From IMG/VR virus record IMGVR_UViG_3300029714_000015: a stretch of 45,376 nucleotides of DNA; one strand, written 5' to 3'. The notes under the pieces are model-generated. The model had not been told where the DNA came from, did not search any database, and worked only from the letters and a program-made list of their open reading frames with translations. The DNA comes from a virus. How positions within the stretch are numbered: the first letter of the stretch is position 1; the number at the start of each line of letters is the position of its first letter. Below are positions 9,933-17,718 of this stretch, in pieces. Position numbers and translations under genes: made by a program.

Positions 9933-10383
9933 TTCTTTTATATTTCATTTGTGCAGAATAAAAAATGTTCTTAACATTAATTGCTATTAAATCGCACATA
10001 TCACCAAATGATTCGGAAAATTCATCATCATTAAATGAATCAATTATTTGCACAATATTATTTGTTGTTTTAATAACTTTTTTTACATCATATAATAGTG
10101 CCAGTTCTGCGCTATCATCGGCACGGGTTAAAATAGATTGCAAATCTGTTGCCGCACTTTGTAAAAGATCTGCATATATAGTTAAAAATGTACATAATTC
10201 TGTTGCTTTATTTACATCTTCCTCCGATAAAGAATCAAATAGGCTTTTTACGGCGACTTCCCGCCGTTCTTCGTAAATTTGAGATAAAGAATTTATCTTC
10301 TTCATTACCTCAACGGCCTTAGTATAATCTCTCTTTGAAAGATACATATTATATTTTTCTCGTAATTTCTTTATTTCGTTCAT
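9907..10383 (-). CDS. Hypothetical protein
   Basis: 158-aa ORF. Confidence 0.45.
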   Translation of the reverse strand: MNEIKKLREKYNMYLSKRDYTKAVEVMKKINSLSQIYEERREVAVKSLFDSLSEEDVNKATELCTFLTIYADLLQSAATDLQSILTRADDSAELALLYDVKKVIKTTNNIVQIIDSFNDDEFSESFGDMCDLIAINVKNIFYSAQMKYKRNDNRGLKK

Positions 10384-10385
10384 AA

Positions 10386-10613
10386 CTATACTTCTTTTGT
10401 CAATTGTTTTATTAAATTCTTAATACCCCTACCGTCATTTACTGTTTTACCAGTAAACCACCCTGTATATGGATATAAAAGAACAACACTACCCTTATAT
10501 TCAAACTTTAACGTTGAAATATTTACCCTTTCTACCATAAACCCTAATTTAGATAAAACATTTATTGCATACTTTACCCTATTTTCTTGTAGAAGATCCC
10601 TTAAATAATCCAT
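10386..10613 (-). CDS. Hypothetical protein
   Basis: 75-aa ORF, in series. Confidence 0.4.
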   Translation of the reverse strand: MDYLRDLLQENRVKYAINVLSKLGFMVERVNISTLKFEYKGSVVLLYPYTGWFTGKTVNDGRGIKNLIKQLTKEV

Positions 10614-10942
10614 TATACGATATTTATTAAGTTAGCTTTTTTAAAACATCTGTACTCGCTCTTTTCTGTGTCAAAATATACCTGTATAGTATTATTTTTC
10701 TTTCTGTTGTCGTTTTTTGTTTCCGGCAACAAATCATCTCTCAATGTCCCGAACGCTTCTCTAATAGAACCGTCTACTTTTTGAAAGTAAAATTTTACGA
10801 TTCTTGCTTTTAATGCTCGATGTAACTTTATATTTGCCCATGCGCATTTTAATGCTTTTGATAAGTCATAACCATTTTGTCTAACAAATTGCCACGCCAA
10901 AATCATTACCTCTTTTAATGCACTACGTTTTTCGGTACTCAT
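10613..10942 (-). CDS. Hypothetical protein. Start set at MSTEKR, the ATG supplied by cassette copy C.
   Basis: The longer ORF continues into the cassette, and the N-terminal extension MLIFAISKM.. is the cassette read through. The same artefact appears at 38627..38878. Confidence 0.45.
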   Translation of the reverse strand: MSTEKRSALKEVMILAWQFVRQNGYDLSKALKCAWANIKLHRALKARIVKFYFQKVDGSIREAFGTLRDDLLPETKNDNRKKNNTIQVYFDTEKSEYRCFKKANLINIV

Positions 10943-11040
10943 AACTCTTTTCTTTTTATATTCCCGGGAAACCGCCCGGTCGATCATCTTTGATATTGCA
11001 AATATAAGCACTTTGTTTTAATTACCAAAACTTTTAACTA
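10940..11040 (-). promoter_or_regulatory. Conserved promoter/leader cassette, copy C
   Basis: Identical core. CAAATATA (10999-11006) is the reverse complement of the TATATTTG -7 box. CAAA (11026-11029) is the reverse complement of the -33 TTTG. The spacer is 19 nt. Confidence 0.6.
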
Positions 11041-11057
11041 TTTTTTTGCGTTAAAGC

Positions 11058-11101
11058 CCCAAAAAAGAAAAAATAAGGCCGAAGTAAAAAATACATCGGC
11101 C
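11058..11101 (-). terminator. Putative intrinsic terminator at the end of the late (structural/lysis) unit
   Basis: GGCCGA (11077-82) pairs with TCGGCC (11096-101). A 16-nt A-rich run on the plus strand follows, which is a U-tract on the minus-strand RNA. It sits between the last late gene and cassette C. Confidence 0.4.
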
Positions 11102-11121
11102 GTTAATAACAATCTTTTTAC

Positions 11122-11730
11122 CTACTTTTTTATTTGTATATATTCAACACCCATTATTTGAGTATGCGGATTTTTACTAACAACATCTATTTCTTTGTTC
11201 TTTATTTTCTTTGTTTTCCACAAGAAGCCTAAAAACCTTTTATATTTTACCGTTTCTGTTATTAGCAAACTATCTCTACTTACACATTCGCCTATAAATT
11301 GCCCGTCAGAAGTGGCACAACCGTGTAATTCAAACCAGTTATTTACAACATCGATACACCGCAAAACAATTGTATCGCCCGGCAAAAAAATAATACTATC
11401 GCGTATATTTGTTTGCAGATCTACTATTGTTTGCATTTGTGAAGTTGTTATCGCTTGCAAATCTCGATTCTTCGTTTGCAATGTCTTTATTAACGCCATA
11501 TCATTTGCCCGATACTTTTTTAACTCCGATAATTTAAGCTCTAATACACCCACTTTAACGGCGTTAAGACTATCACGCGTCTTATATTGCTTAACATCTT
11601 GTAAAAGTATCTCTGTATTTTGGCGATAACTATCCCTATCTGCCGATATATTATTTATTCGTCTTTGTTGAACGCTTATAATGGCGATAAGAATAGCTAT
11701 AATGGACAATATAATTATATACTTTTTCAT
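11122..11730 (-). CDS. N-terminally membrane-anchored coiled-coil protein, possibly spanin-like
   Basis: MKKYIIILSIIAILIAIISV signal-anchor, then a heptad-rich region. It is immediately downstream of the amidase and the 131-aa ORF. Confidence 0.35.
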   Translation of the reverse strand: MKKYIIILSIIAILIAIISVQQRRINNISADRDSYRQNTEILLQDVKQYKTRDSLNAVKVGVLELKLSELKKYRANDMALIKTLQTKNRDLQAITTSQMQTIVDLQTNIRDSIIFLPGDTIVLRCIDVVNNWFELHGCATSDGQFIGECVSRDSLLITETVKYKRFLGFLWKTKKIKNKEIDVVSKNPHTQIMGVEYIQIKK

Positions 11731-12122
11731 GGCTCTGTTGTTGCATCTCTATAAACTAATTGAGACATGCCCGCCGTTGTTGTAAGAGTTAAATTATATT
11801 CTCCGCTATCTATAACTGTTTTACCGTTTACTTCTGTTTCATTTATCTCCAAATGCCCGAATGTAATAACAAAGCCACTTATATACACTTTGGGCACGTT
11901 GTGCAACGGATCTTTATTTAAATCGGAAATAAAATTGTCTATCTCCGTTTGAGGGTTAGTAACTTTTTTTACTTGTTCTTCGTTATCCTCGACAGAAATA
12001 ACAAATACTTCCTCATTTGAAGTGATTAAATCTTCCAACAATGGTACGATGCTTAATCCTACTTGTGTACCTTGACTTTCTACGTATTTCTTTAAATACT
12101 CTCGTTGTTCTGTCTTTGTCAT
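11727..12122 (-). CDS. Hypothetical protein
   Basis: 131-aa ORF coupled to the amidase with a 4-nt overlap. Confidence 0.4.
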   Translation of the reverse strand: MTKTEQREYLKKYVESQGTQVGLSIVPLLEDLITSNEEVFVISVEDNEEQVKKVTNPQTEIDNFISDLNKDPLHNVPKVYISGFVITFGHLEINETEVNGKTVIDSGEYNLTLTTTAGMSQLVYRDATTEP

Positions 12123-12691
12123 TTTAATATATTTTTGATTGTTAAATAATGAATATTCGCTATTTTCCTACGCCCTACTTCGCTCATTATAAAACGGCAA
12201 TCCTTTTCGGTGTCCATAAAGAAATTTTCGGACAAAACGGCGGGCATTTTAGTATTGCGTAATATATAGAAATTGCTCTCTTTGTCTGGGTCGCCGTCCG
12301 TCATATCCTTTCTTATCTTCCAACCGTTAAATTCTTTCTCCGCAAAGCTATACAACATTGTGGCTATTTCATCGGCTTTCGTTTGGCCGGGCGTTGTATA
12401 ACATTCCCAGCCAGTACCGCCGCCGGCATTTGCATGTATGCTAAATAAAACACATTCGCCGACACTATCACATATATTATTTGCTCTAATACATCGTTCT
12501 TGTAGCGTTATATCTTCCAATTCTGGTACTAAAACATGATATTTTATATTGTCAGCATCTAACATTACAGAAATGCGTTTAACAATATCCCTGTTAAACT
12601 CGTATTCAAATAATTGCGAACCGTCGCACCAAATTGGCGAACGTTTCCCCGGTGTTTCTTTACCGTGCCCGTTGTCAAGTATTATTATCAT
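12119..12691 (-). CDS. N-acetylmuramoyl-L-alanine amidase (Amidase_3-type endolysin)
   Basis: LDNGHGKETPG and FSIHANAGGG motifs, characteristic of Amidase_3. Confidence 0.75.
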   Translation of the reverse strand: MIIILDNGHGKETPGKRSPIWCDGSQLFEYEFNRDIVKRISVMLDADNIKYHVLVPELEDITLQERCIRANNICDSVGECVLFSIHANAGGGTGWECYTTPGQTKADEIATMLYSFAEKEFNGWKIRKDMTDGDPDKESNFYILRNTKMPAVLSENFFMDTEKDCRFIMSEVGRRKIANIHYLTIKNILK

Positions 12692-13223
12692 TTTCTTTTT
12701 CTTCCTCCTTGTTTTTATCGGTAAATTCTTCGTTTATCTCCTCGCCGTGTTCCCGTTCGACACGCTCGACGATGCGCTGCACGTTTTCGGGCAATGCGCG
12801 TTTGAACTCGAAGCGTATCACGTGGTAGATGATGCGCAGGGCCTTGTTTGTGGGGTAGGCATGTATGAGGTTGCGGAAGGCGTTCTGCGCGTAGACGTAC
12901 ATGAAGACGTAGGTCAATGATTTCATCACGATGAGCGAGGCGGTGTCGTCGCCGCAATTCTGCATGATCGAATAGATGGTTTCCGAGATGATCAGGTATA
13001 GCAGCAGTTCGGCCAGCGCGTTCTTGAACTTCCGGAAGGAGAAGTTTCGGCACCGGACGACGGATACTCCATCGGCCCGCATGCCTGCCCATACGTTGAA
13101 GGCGAACATGGTGACGAGTGCGAAGATGAATCCTTTCGTCGGGGTGAGGAATGCCAGCACGGGGCTGAGGGCCGACACGGCAATGATGCGCCATTGTTCC
13201 CAGTTGAATATTTTGTCCATCAT
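12675..13223 (-). CDS. Holin-like membrane protein. A chimera: the body is GC-rich and the last ~15 codons are AT-rich.
   Basis: Three hydrophobic helices and a charged K/E-rich C-terminus. Immediately upstream of the amidase. The composition changes at about 12720. Confidence 0.45.
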   Translation of the reverse strand: MMDKIFNWEQWRIIAVSALSPVLAFLTPTKGFIFALVTMFAFNVWAGMRADGVSVVRCRNFSFRKFKNALAELLLYLIISETIYSIMQNCGDDTASLIVMKSLTYVFMYVYAQNAFRNLIHAYPTNKALRIIYHVIRFEFKRALPENVQRIVERVEREHGEEINEEFTDKNKEEEKENDNNT

Positions 13224-13442
13224 TGTTTACTGTGTTTATCGTTGTGTAAAGTTGTTATTCCGAGCGAGGGCGTAAGCCCGACGAGGAATCCCATGTTCAC
13301 CCTCTCTTTCCCCTTATGTCATTCCGAGCGTATGAGAGGAATTTTCGAGCAAACAAGAGCAAAAGAAAAACAGGTTTTCATTTTGCCGAGTGCCGCAGAA
13401 AATCAGCTCCGCTGAATCTCACACCGTGAGAGTGCTTGGGTT

Positions 13443-13988
13443 TCATACGAAGTCGTACCAATGAATGGTATCGGCATCGCATTTGAGGTTCAGCGAGTGG
13501 CGGTAACGATCCCGACGGTATTTCCACAGCCACAGGCGTGGAATCACACAGCCGGTGCCGCCATGCAGGTTTTTCTCTTTCAACCGCTCCGGACCGTGCG
13601 GGTTGTAGGTGGTGTTCCAGTCGCGTTTGTCGCTGACGTATAGGCAGTGCGGGTGTTCCCGGGTAAGGAACATGCCTTTGAGCCGGTCGAGGTCATCGGC
13701 AGCAGACTTCCGTCCGCCCATGACGTTTTCAAGGACGAGGCGGTAGCAGCACCCTGCGTTTTCGAGGAGGGCGACAATCTCAGGAACACAGGCCTTGTAC
13801 CCGACCCACCCGTGGCAGGCCACGAGGCCGCCCTTGCCGTCGAAACGCACGCGGAGGTCAAATGCCCGTGCCCCGCCATCTATCTGTCCCTCGACGGTCG
13901 TCCGCTGGCAGCGGGCGAAAGGTTGTAAGAACCGCATGTACCACCGACGGACGGGGTACGCGGTAAATGTGTTATGCGAGCCGTACAT
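13443..13988 (-). CDS. SHN-motif protein, GC-rich paralog B. Possible PLC-like phosphodiesterase.
   Basis: 181 aa, the same length as 2206..2751 and about 45% identical to it. About 60% GC against a backbone of about 33%. Confidence 0.35.
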   Translation of the reverse strand: MYGSHNTFTAYPVRRWYMRFLQPFARCQRTTVEGQIDGGARAFDLRVRFDGKGGLVACHGWVGYKACVPEIVALLENAGCCYRLVLENVMGGRKSAADDLDRLKGMFLTREHPHCLYVSDKRDWNTTYNPHGPERLKEKNLHGGTGCVIPRLWLWKYRRDRYRHSLNLKCDADTIHWYDFV

Positions 13989-13992
13989 ATTT

Positions 13993-15219
13993 TTATATTT
14001 TCATATCGATGGTGGCACATGCCGCCGTGCCGGAAGTGTCGATGGTTATCCGGAGTATGTTCAGATAATTCGACCCTCCGTGCAAAGCGTTCTGGTAAAG
14101 AAAAAACAACCCGTCGTTTCCCCCTGAGGTCCTGAAATGGGAAAGCAGTTTGGCCCTGATACTCTGTGAGCCGGCAGACGTGTCAAGGTCGAAAGAAATC
14201 TGAATATCGGGAATATGATAGCCACTATTAGCGGGGAAATAAGAGCTAAATAAGGCCTTCATGGCTGGGAAAACAGAGCTTCCGCTGCTGAAAGTAACAG
14301 AGGTAGAAGAGGAACCCGAAGAACCCACCGTCATTTTTCCCAAATAGAAATAATAACAACCCGACCGGTTCCACTCTTCCCACGAGGACGGCGTGAATCC
14401 CAACGTGGAGTCTTCGACCGACGTGCGGCTGTAAAGTGTCCCGTTTTTGCCGACAAACATCTGTGTGTACCGGTATTTGTATTCCCCTTCGTCGTTCTCG
14501 AACCTGAAATGGCTTTGTATGACAACGCCGTTTTCCGGGTAATTAGGAACGTTGCCGTCCGCCTGATTCCCGTTCAACCATATATAGATAGTCCCCAACT
14601 CTGCTTGGGGGTACTCGTCGATGTTGATGGCATCGTCGCTGTTGGCAAAAGAGATGCCGGCAGCGTTATCCGCCGTGCCTGCCAGCGTACCGGTAACCGT
14701 CCCGAAACAAATGTTGCCGACATAGGTACTTTCCTTATAAACCGTAGGAATGGCCGATACAATCGAAACGATATAACCGGTTATGGAGCTGCTGCCGGTC
14801 GTACCGCCCTCGCCCATGAACACGAACGCCGGGTAATCATTTCCCGCATTACTCTCAAAATAGGCATCGAATGTATCATTACCCGTCCGTACCAGCTTCA
14901 CTCGGTTGTACATTTGCGCGTTGGTAGAAAACAGGCAATAAGGGTTCATACCTTTTTCCGTATTCGTGTCGTAAATCCAGTTCACCATATACTCTGCATA
15001 ACCCATGAGAGGCGATTCGATGCCGAATCGTATGATTCCTTTTTCAGGACCTCGCTTCAAAGTCAGGAATTTATAATAACGCCCATGTGCCGAGGTCCGC
15101 GAGTATCGGAGCCGTGTTTTTGTTATGGGAGTGCTTGTTTTGGAATCTACGACGGCATCTAATATCGTTGCCGGGTAAATCGTTGCCCCGTTCTCTTTCA
15201 GTTTCTTTATCCTTGCCAT
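13993..15219 (-). CDS. Tail fibre / receptor-binding protein candidate on the GC-rich mosaic module
   Basis: 408 aa, Gly/Ser/Thr-rich and beta-rich in composition. It follows the repeat-containing fibre gene and sits on the GC-rich island. Confidence 0.45.
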   Translation of the reverse strand: MARIKKLKENGATIYPATILDAVVDSKTSTPITKTRLRYSRTSAHGRYYKFLTLKRGPEKGIIRFGIESPLMGYAEYMVNWIYDTNTEKGMNPYCLFSTNAQMYNRVKLVRTGNDTFDAYFESNAGNDYPAFVFMGEGGTTGSSSITGYIVSIVSAIPTVYKESTYVGNICFGTVTGTLAGTADNAAGISFANSDDAINIDEYPQAELGTIYIWLNGNQADGNVPNYPENGVVIQSHFRFENDEGEYKYRYTQMFVGKNGTLYSRTSVEDSTLGFTPSSWEEWNRSGCYYFYLGKMTVGSSGSSSTSVTFSSGSSVFPAMKALFSSYFPANSGYHIPDIQISFDLDTSAGSQSIRAKLLSHFRTSGGNDGLFFLYQNALHGGSNYLNILRITIDTSGTAACATIDMKI

Positions 15220-15264
15220 GTTTCAAGTATTGAAGGCAGACGGAAACCCCGCCTGCCGAGTTTC

Positions 15265-16869
15265 TCAAATCGTTATCTCCGTATAATCCGTTACGTCCGT
15301 TACTGCCGCCGCCGTCAAGTAAGTGGTATTTATCTGAGCACCCGCGCCGTCTCTTAATGCCGAGTTTGCCAAATTTGCTTGCATGGCAAACGCTGAATTG
15401 TTTACTGTTACACTGCCGTCGGCTGCTACTGCTATATCGCCTCCGCCTTTTATTATGCCCGCCACTGTTGAAGTCGCAATCTTTGGCAACTCTGTTTTCT
15501 TGGCGTAAGTGTCTACTATTTTATTGCCAGCATTGTCGTATGTCGCATTTTGCGCGTAAGTTGCAGTTGTTGCCTCATCTGCCGTACTTGCACTTCCTGC
15601 AACATCTGCATACGTAATTATAACACTGCCGTCGCTGCTAACCGATATATTTGCGCCGGCTTTTATACCACCGATTTTACTTGTTGTAGCGACCGGAACG
15701 TTTGTTACGTTCGTGGCGTTATCTGCGGTCGTTGCGTGTACTGCTTCTTCTGCCGATGCTGCATTGTTTACGGTTACTACACCGGAAGAAGAAACAAGCA
15801 CGTCGCCACCGGACTTAATGCCACCTATTTTTGAAGAAGTCGCCGCCGGAATATTATCTACTGTTGTTGCCGAGTTAACAGTTACTGTACCGTCGGACGC
15901 AACAGTTATATCATTCCCGGACTTAACAAGACCGGCGGCCGATGAGGTTGCGATCTGTGTTTTCGGCACATAAGTATTTACTATAACCCTCCCCGAGCTA
16001 TCTTGCTGTGCCATTTGTGCAACACCGGCATTATTAACAGTAACACTGCCGTCCGATGCTACGGTAATATTGCCGCCACTCTTTATACCGCCCAAAATCG
16101 AAGCCGTTGCCACTGGAAGTGTATATTTATTTGCCCCTACTTCGATGCCGTCCAATTTTGTTTTATCCTCTTTACTCATTAAGCCGTCTTGAAGCGTTGA
16201 AACATTAGGCAAAAATATTAATTGCCTTGCTTGGTTTTGAATCGATAAGTCTTTATAATTGACGACAACCCTATATCTATTTCTGTTTATACCGTCAAAT
16301 ATAAACTCTACACTATCGCCGGCCTCTGTTTTCCTTACAGAAACGGGCGATAAAAATTCGTTTACTTCCGATGATCCATTAACAGAGTTATAGGCAAAAA
16401 TAAACGCCGTTTTATTTATAAAATCGTCTATAATTGCCTCGAAATCGGTTGTTATGACATCATCTATACTTATCTTAGCAATTGTATCATTGCTAAACTC
16501 AACGCGCAAAAAGAATACCGGTAAATATTCGACGTTCCAAATATCTTTAAGGTGGGCAATTTGATTGTCAATTGATATTTTAGACCAACTTCCATTATAC
16601 ACCAATGCGGCCAACTCATTATCATTAACTTGTAGACCGCCGAAATTTGCATAAGTGCCTTTAACACTGGCTAAATAAAAAACATTTGAATCGCCAACTA
16701 TTGGATTAGTTGTTGTTGTTGCACCGCCCTTAAATAAATACCCACCGTCTTGTAACAATGATACCATTTGTAGCAAGGTATCTTGCATTATTTGACCGGT
16801 TATTTCTTGGTTGTTGTTTGGTTTTATATCCGATATTATCTTATTTCGGATATTAGAATAATTTGCCAT
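15265..16869 (-). CDS. Tail fibre protein with five internal repeats of about 27 aa (IGGIKSGG.I.V.SDGSVTVNNA)
   Basis: Repeats seen in the translation between about aa 250 and 505, which maps to DNA at about 15357..16122. Confidence 0.5.
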   Translation of the reverse strand: MANYSNIRNKIISDIKPNNNQEITGQIMQDTLLQMVSLLQDGGYLFKGGATTTTNPIVGDSNVFYLASVKGTYANFGGLQVNDNELAALVYNGSWSKISIDNQIAHLKDIWNVEYLPVFFLRVEFSNDTIAKISIDDVITTDFEAIIDDFINKTAFIFAYNSVNGSSEVNEFLSPVSVRKTEAGDSVEFIFDGINRNRYRVVVNYKDLSIQNQARQLIFLPNVSTLQDGLMSKEDKTKLDGIEVGANKYTLPVATASILGGIKSGGNITVASDGSVTVNNAGVAQMAQQDSSGRVIVNTYVPKTQIATSSAAGLVKSGNDITVASDGTVTVNSATTVDNIPAATSSKIGGIKSGGDVLVSSSGVVTVNNAASAEEAVHATTADNATNVTNVPVATTSKIGGIKAGANISVSSDGSVIITYADVAGSASTADEATTATYAQNATYDNAGNKIVDTYAKKTELPKIATSTVAGIIKGGGDIAVAADGSVTVNNSAFAMQANLANSALRDGAGAQINTTYLTAAAVTDVTDYTEITI

Positions 16870-16884
16870 AAGGTTAAATTTTTA

Positions 16885-17718
16885 TTAGTAAAAGTCCTCG
16901 TTAAAGTCGTTATTATAATCGTGTTTTGATACGCCCAAATACCCGCATTTCTTCATTACGGTTGAAGTTGTGAAACTCGCTTCTACACTTGCTAAGTCTC
17001 CTTGATCTTCCCATTTTGGGTTTATTTGAAAAGTATCGGCGCGATAAGTATTGCCGTATTTATCTTTTATCATAACTATATCGCTTAACTGGGCAATTCT
17101 CAACACGTCGCACGTTGCCTCATCTGCCAAAATATTAAACTTGTATGTTTTATAGCTTAACAGTTTTTCAGGGAAGAAAAAACCGTCCCTTTCCTCTCCC
17201 TCATCTTCAAATGTATATTCGGGCTTCCCCAACTCGGTTATAAAATACATAGTGTTTTTATAATCGGATTTATATACTATTGCCCCGGCTAGGAATATAA
17301 AATCGCTCGTGTCATACCATTGTAGGCACAAATAAGGCGATAAATCTTTGATAGGAACAATTATATCCGAATACCATACATTTACACCGTCGGAAAAGGT
17401 TAAATAACATTGGGATTCGGGTAAATATAAATTTATATTTCCCCCGTTATATAAAAGAATATCATAGCCATAGTCCGGAAACGGATAAACATCTATGTTT
17501 AATGATATTACTTTTACTAACCTACCGGTAAACGGGTTCATCACACGTATATTAAAATCTTTTGAATCTGTGTGAGATCTTATTATCTGAAACGGTAATA
17601 AACTGTTTGCAGATACGAATATAGGGTAGACATTTCCATAAGCATAGCTACGCCTATTCATTTGCTCATTTATATTTCTATAAAAGGCGATAGGACTTAA
17701 ATTATTATTCGGTATCAT
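16885..17718 (-). CDS. Hypothetical tail/baseplate protein
   Basis: 277 aa, in the tail module. Confidence 0.35.
   Translation of the reverse strand: MIPNNNLSPIAFYRNINEQMNRRSYAYGNVYPIFVSANSLLPFQIIRSHTDSKDFNIRVMNPFTGRLVKVISLNIDVYPFPDYGYDILLYNGGNINLYLPESQCYLTFSDGVNVWYSDIIVPIKDLSPYLCLQWYDTSDFIFLAGAIVYKSDYKNTMYFITELGKPEYTFEDEGEERDGFFFPEKLLSYKTYKFNILADEATCDVLRIAQLSDIVMIKDKYGNTYRADTFQINPKWEDQGDLASVEASFTTSTVMKKCGYLGVSKHDYNNDFNEDFY

Larger units (their letters stand above)
12720..15250. other. GC-rich mosaic island (about 55-60% GC against a backbone of about 33%) covering the holin body, the SHN-motif paralog B and the RBP candidate
   Basis: Abrupt composition change inside the holin gene at about 12720 and downstream of 15220. 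The intergenic stretch 13224..13442 is also GC-rich. Confidence 0.7.

Noticed and set aside
12715-13194. Arg/His-rich 159-aa ORF and a 63-aa ORF on the minus strand overlapping the holin-like gene
   Set aside because: Alternative-frame artefacts of the GC-rich island. The composition (R, P, H-rich) is typical of spurious high-GC frames.
13224-13442. tRNA or other structured RNA in the GC-rich intergenic gap
   Set aside because: No cloverleaf-compatible arrangement is recognisable by eye, only short ATTCC/GGAAT inverted repeats. It is kept as an observation rather than a feature.
14509-15162. 217-aa plus-strand ORF inside the GC-rich fibre gene
   Set aside because: Antisense ORF produced by GC-rich sequence. 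No start context, and every other gene is on the minus strand.
13993-16869. Diversity-generating retroelement targeting the fibre genes
   Set aside because: No reverse transcriptase ORF and no template/variable repeat pair recognisable anywhere in the genome.
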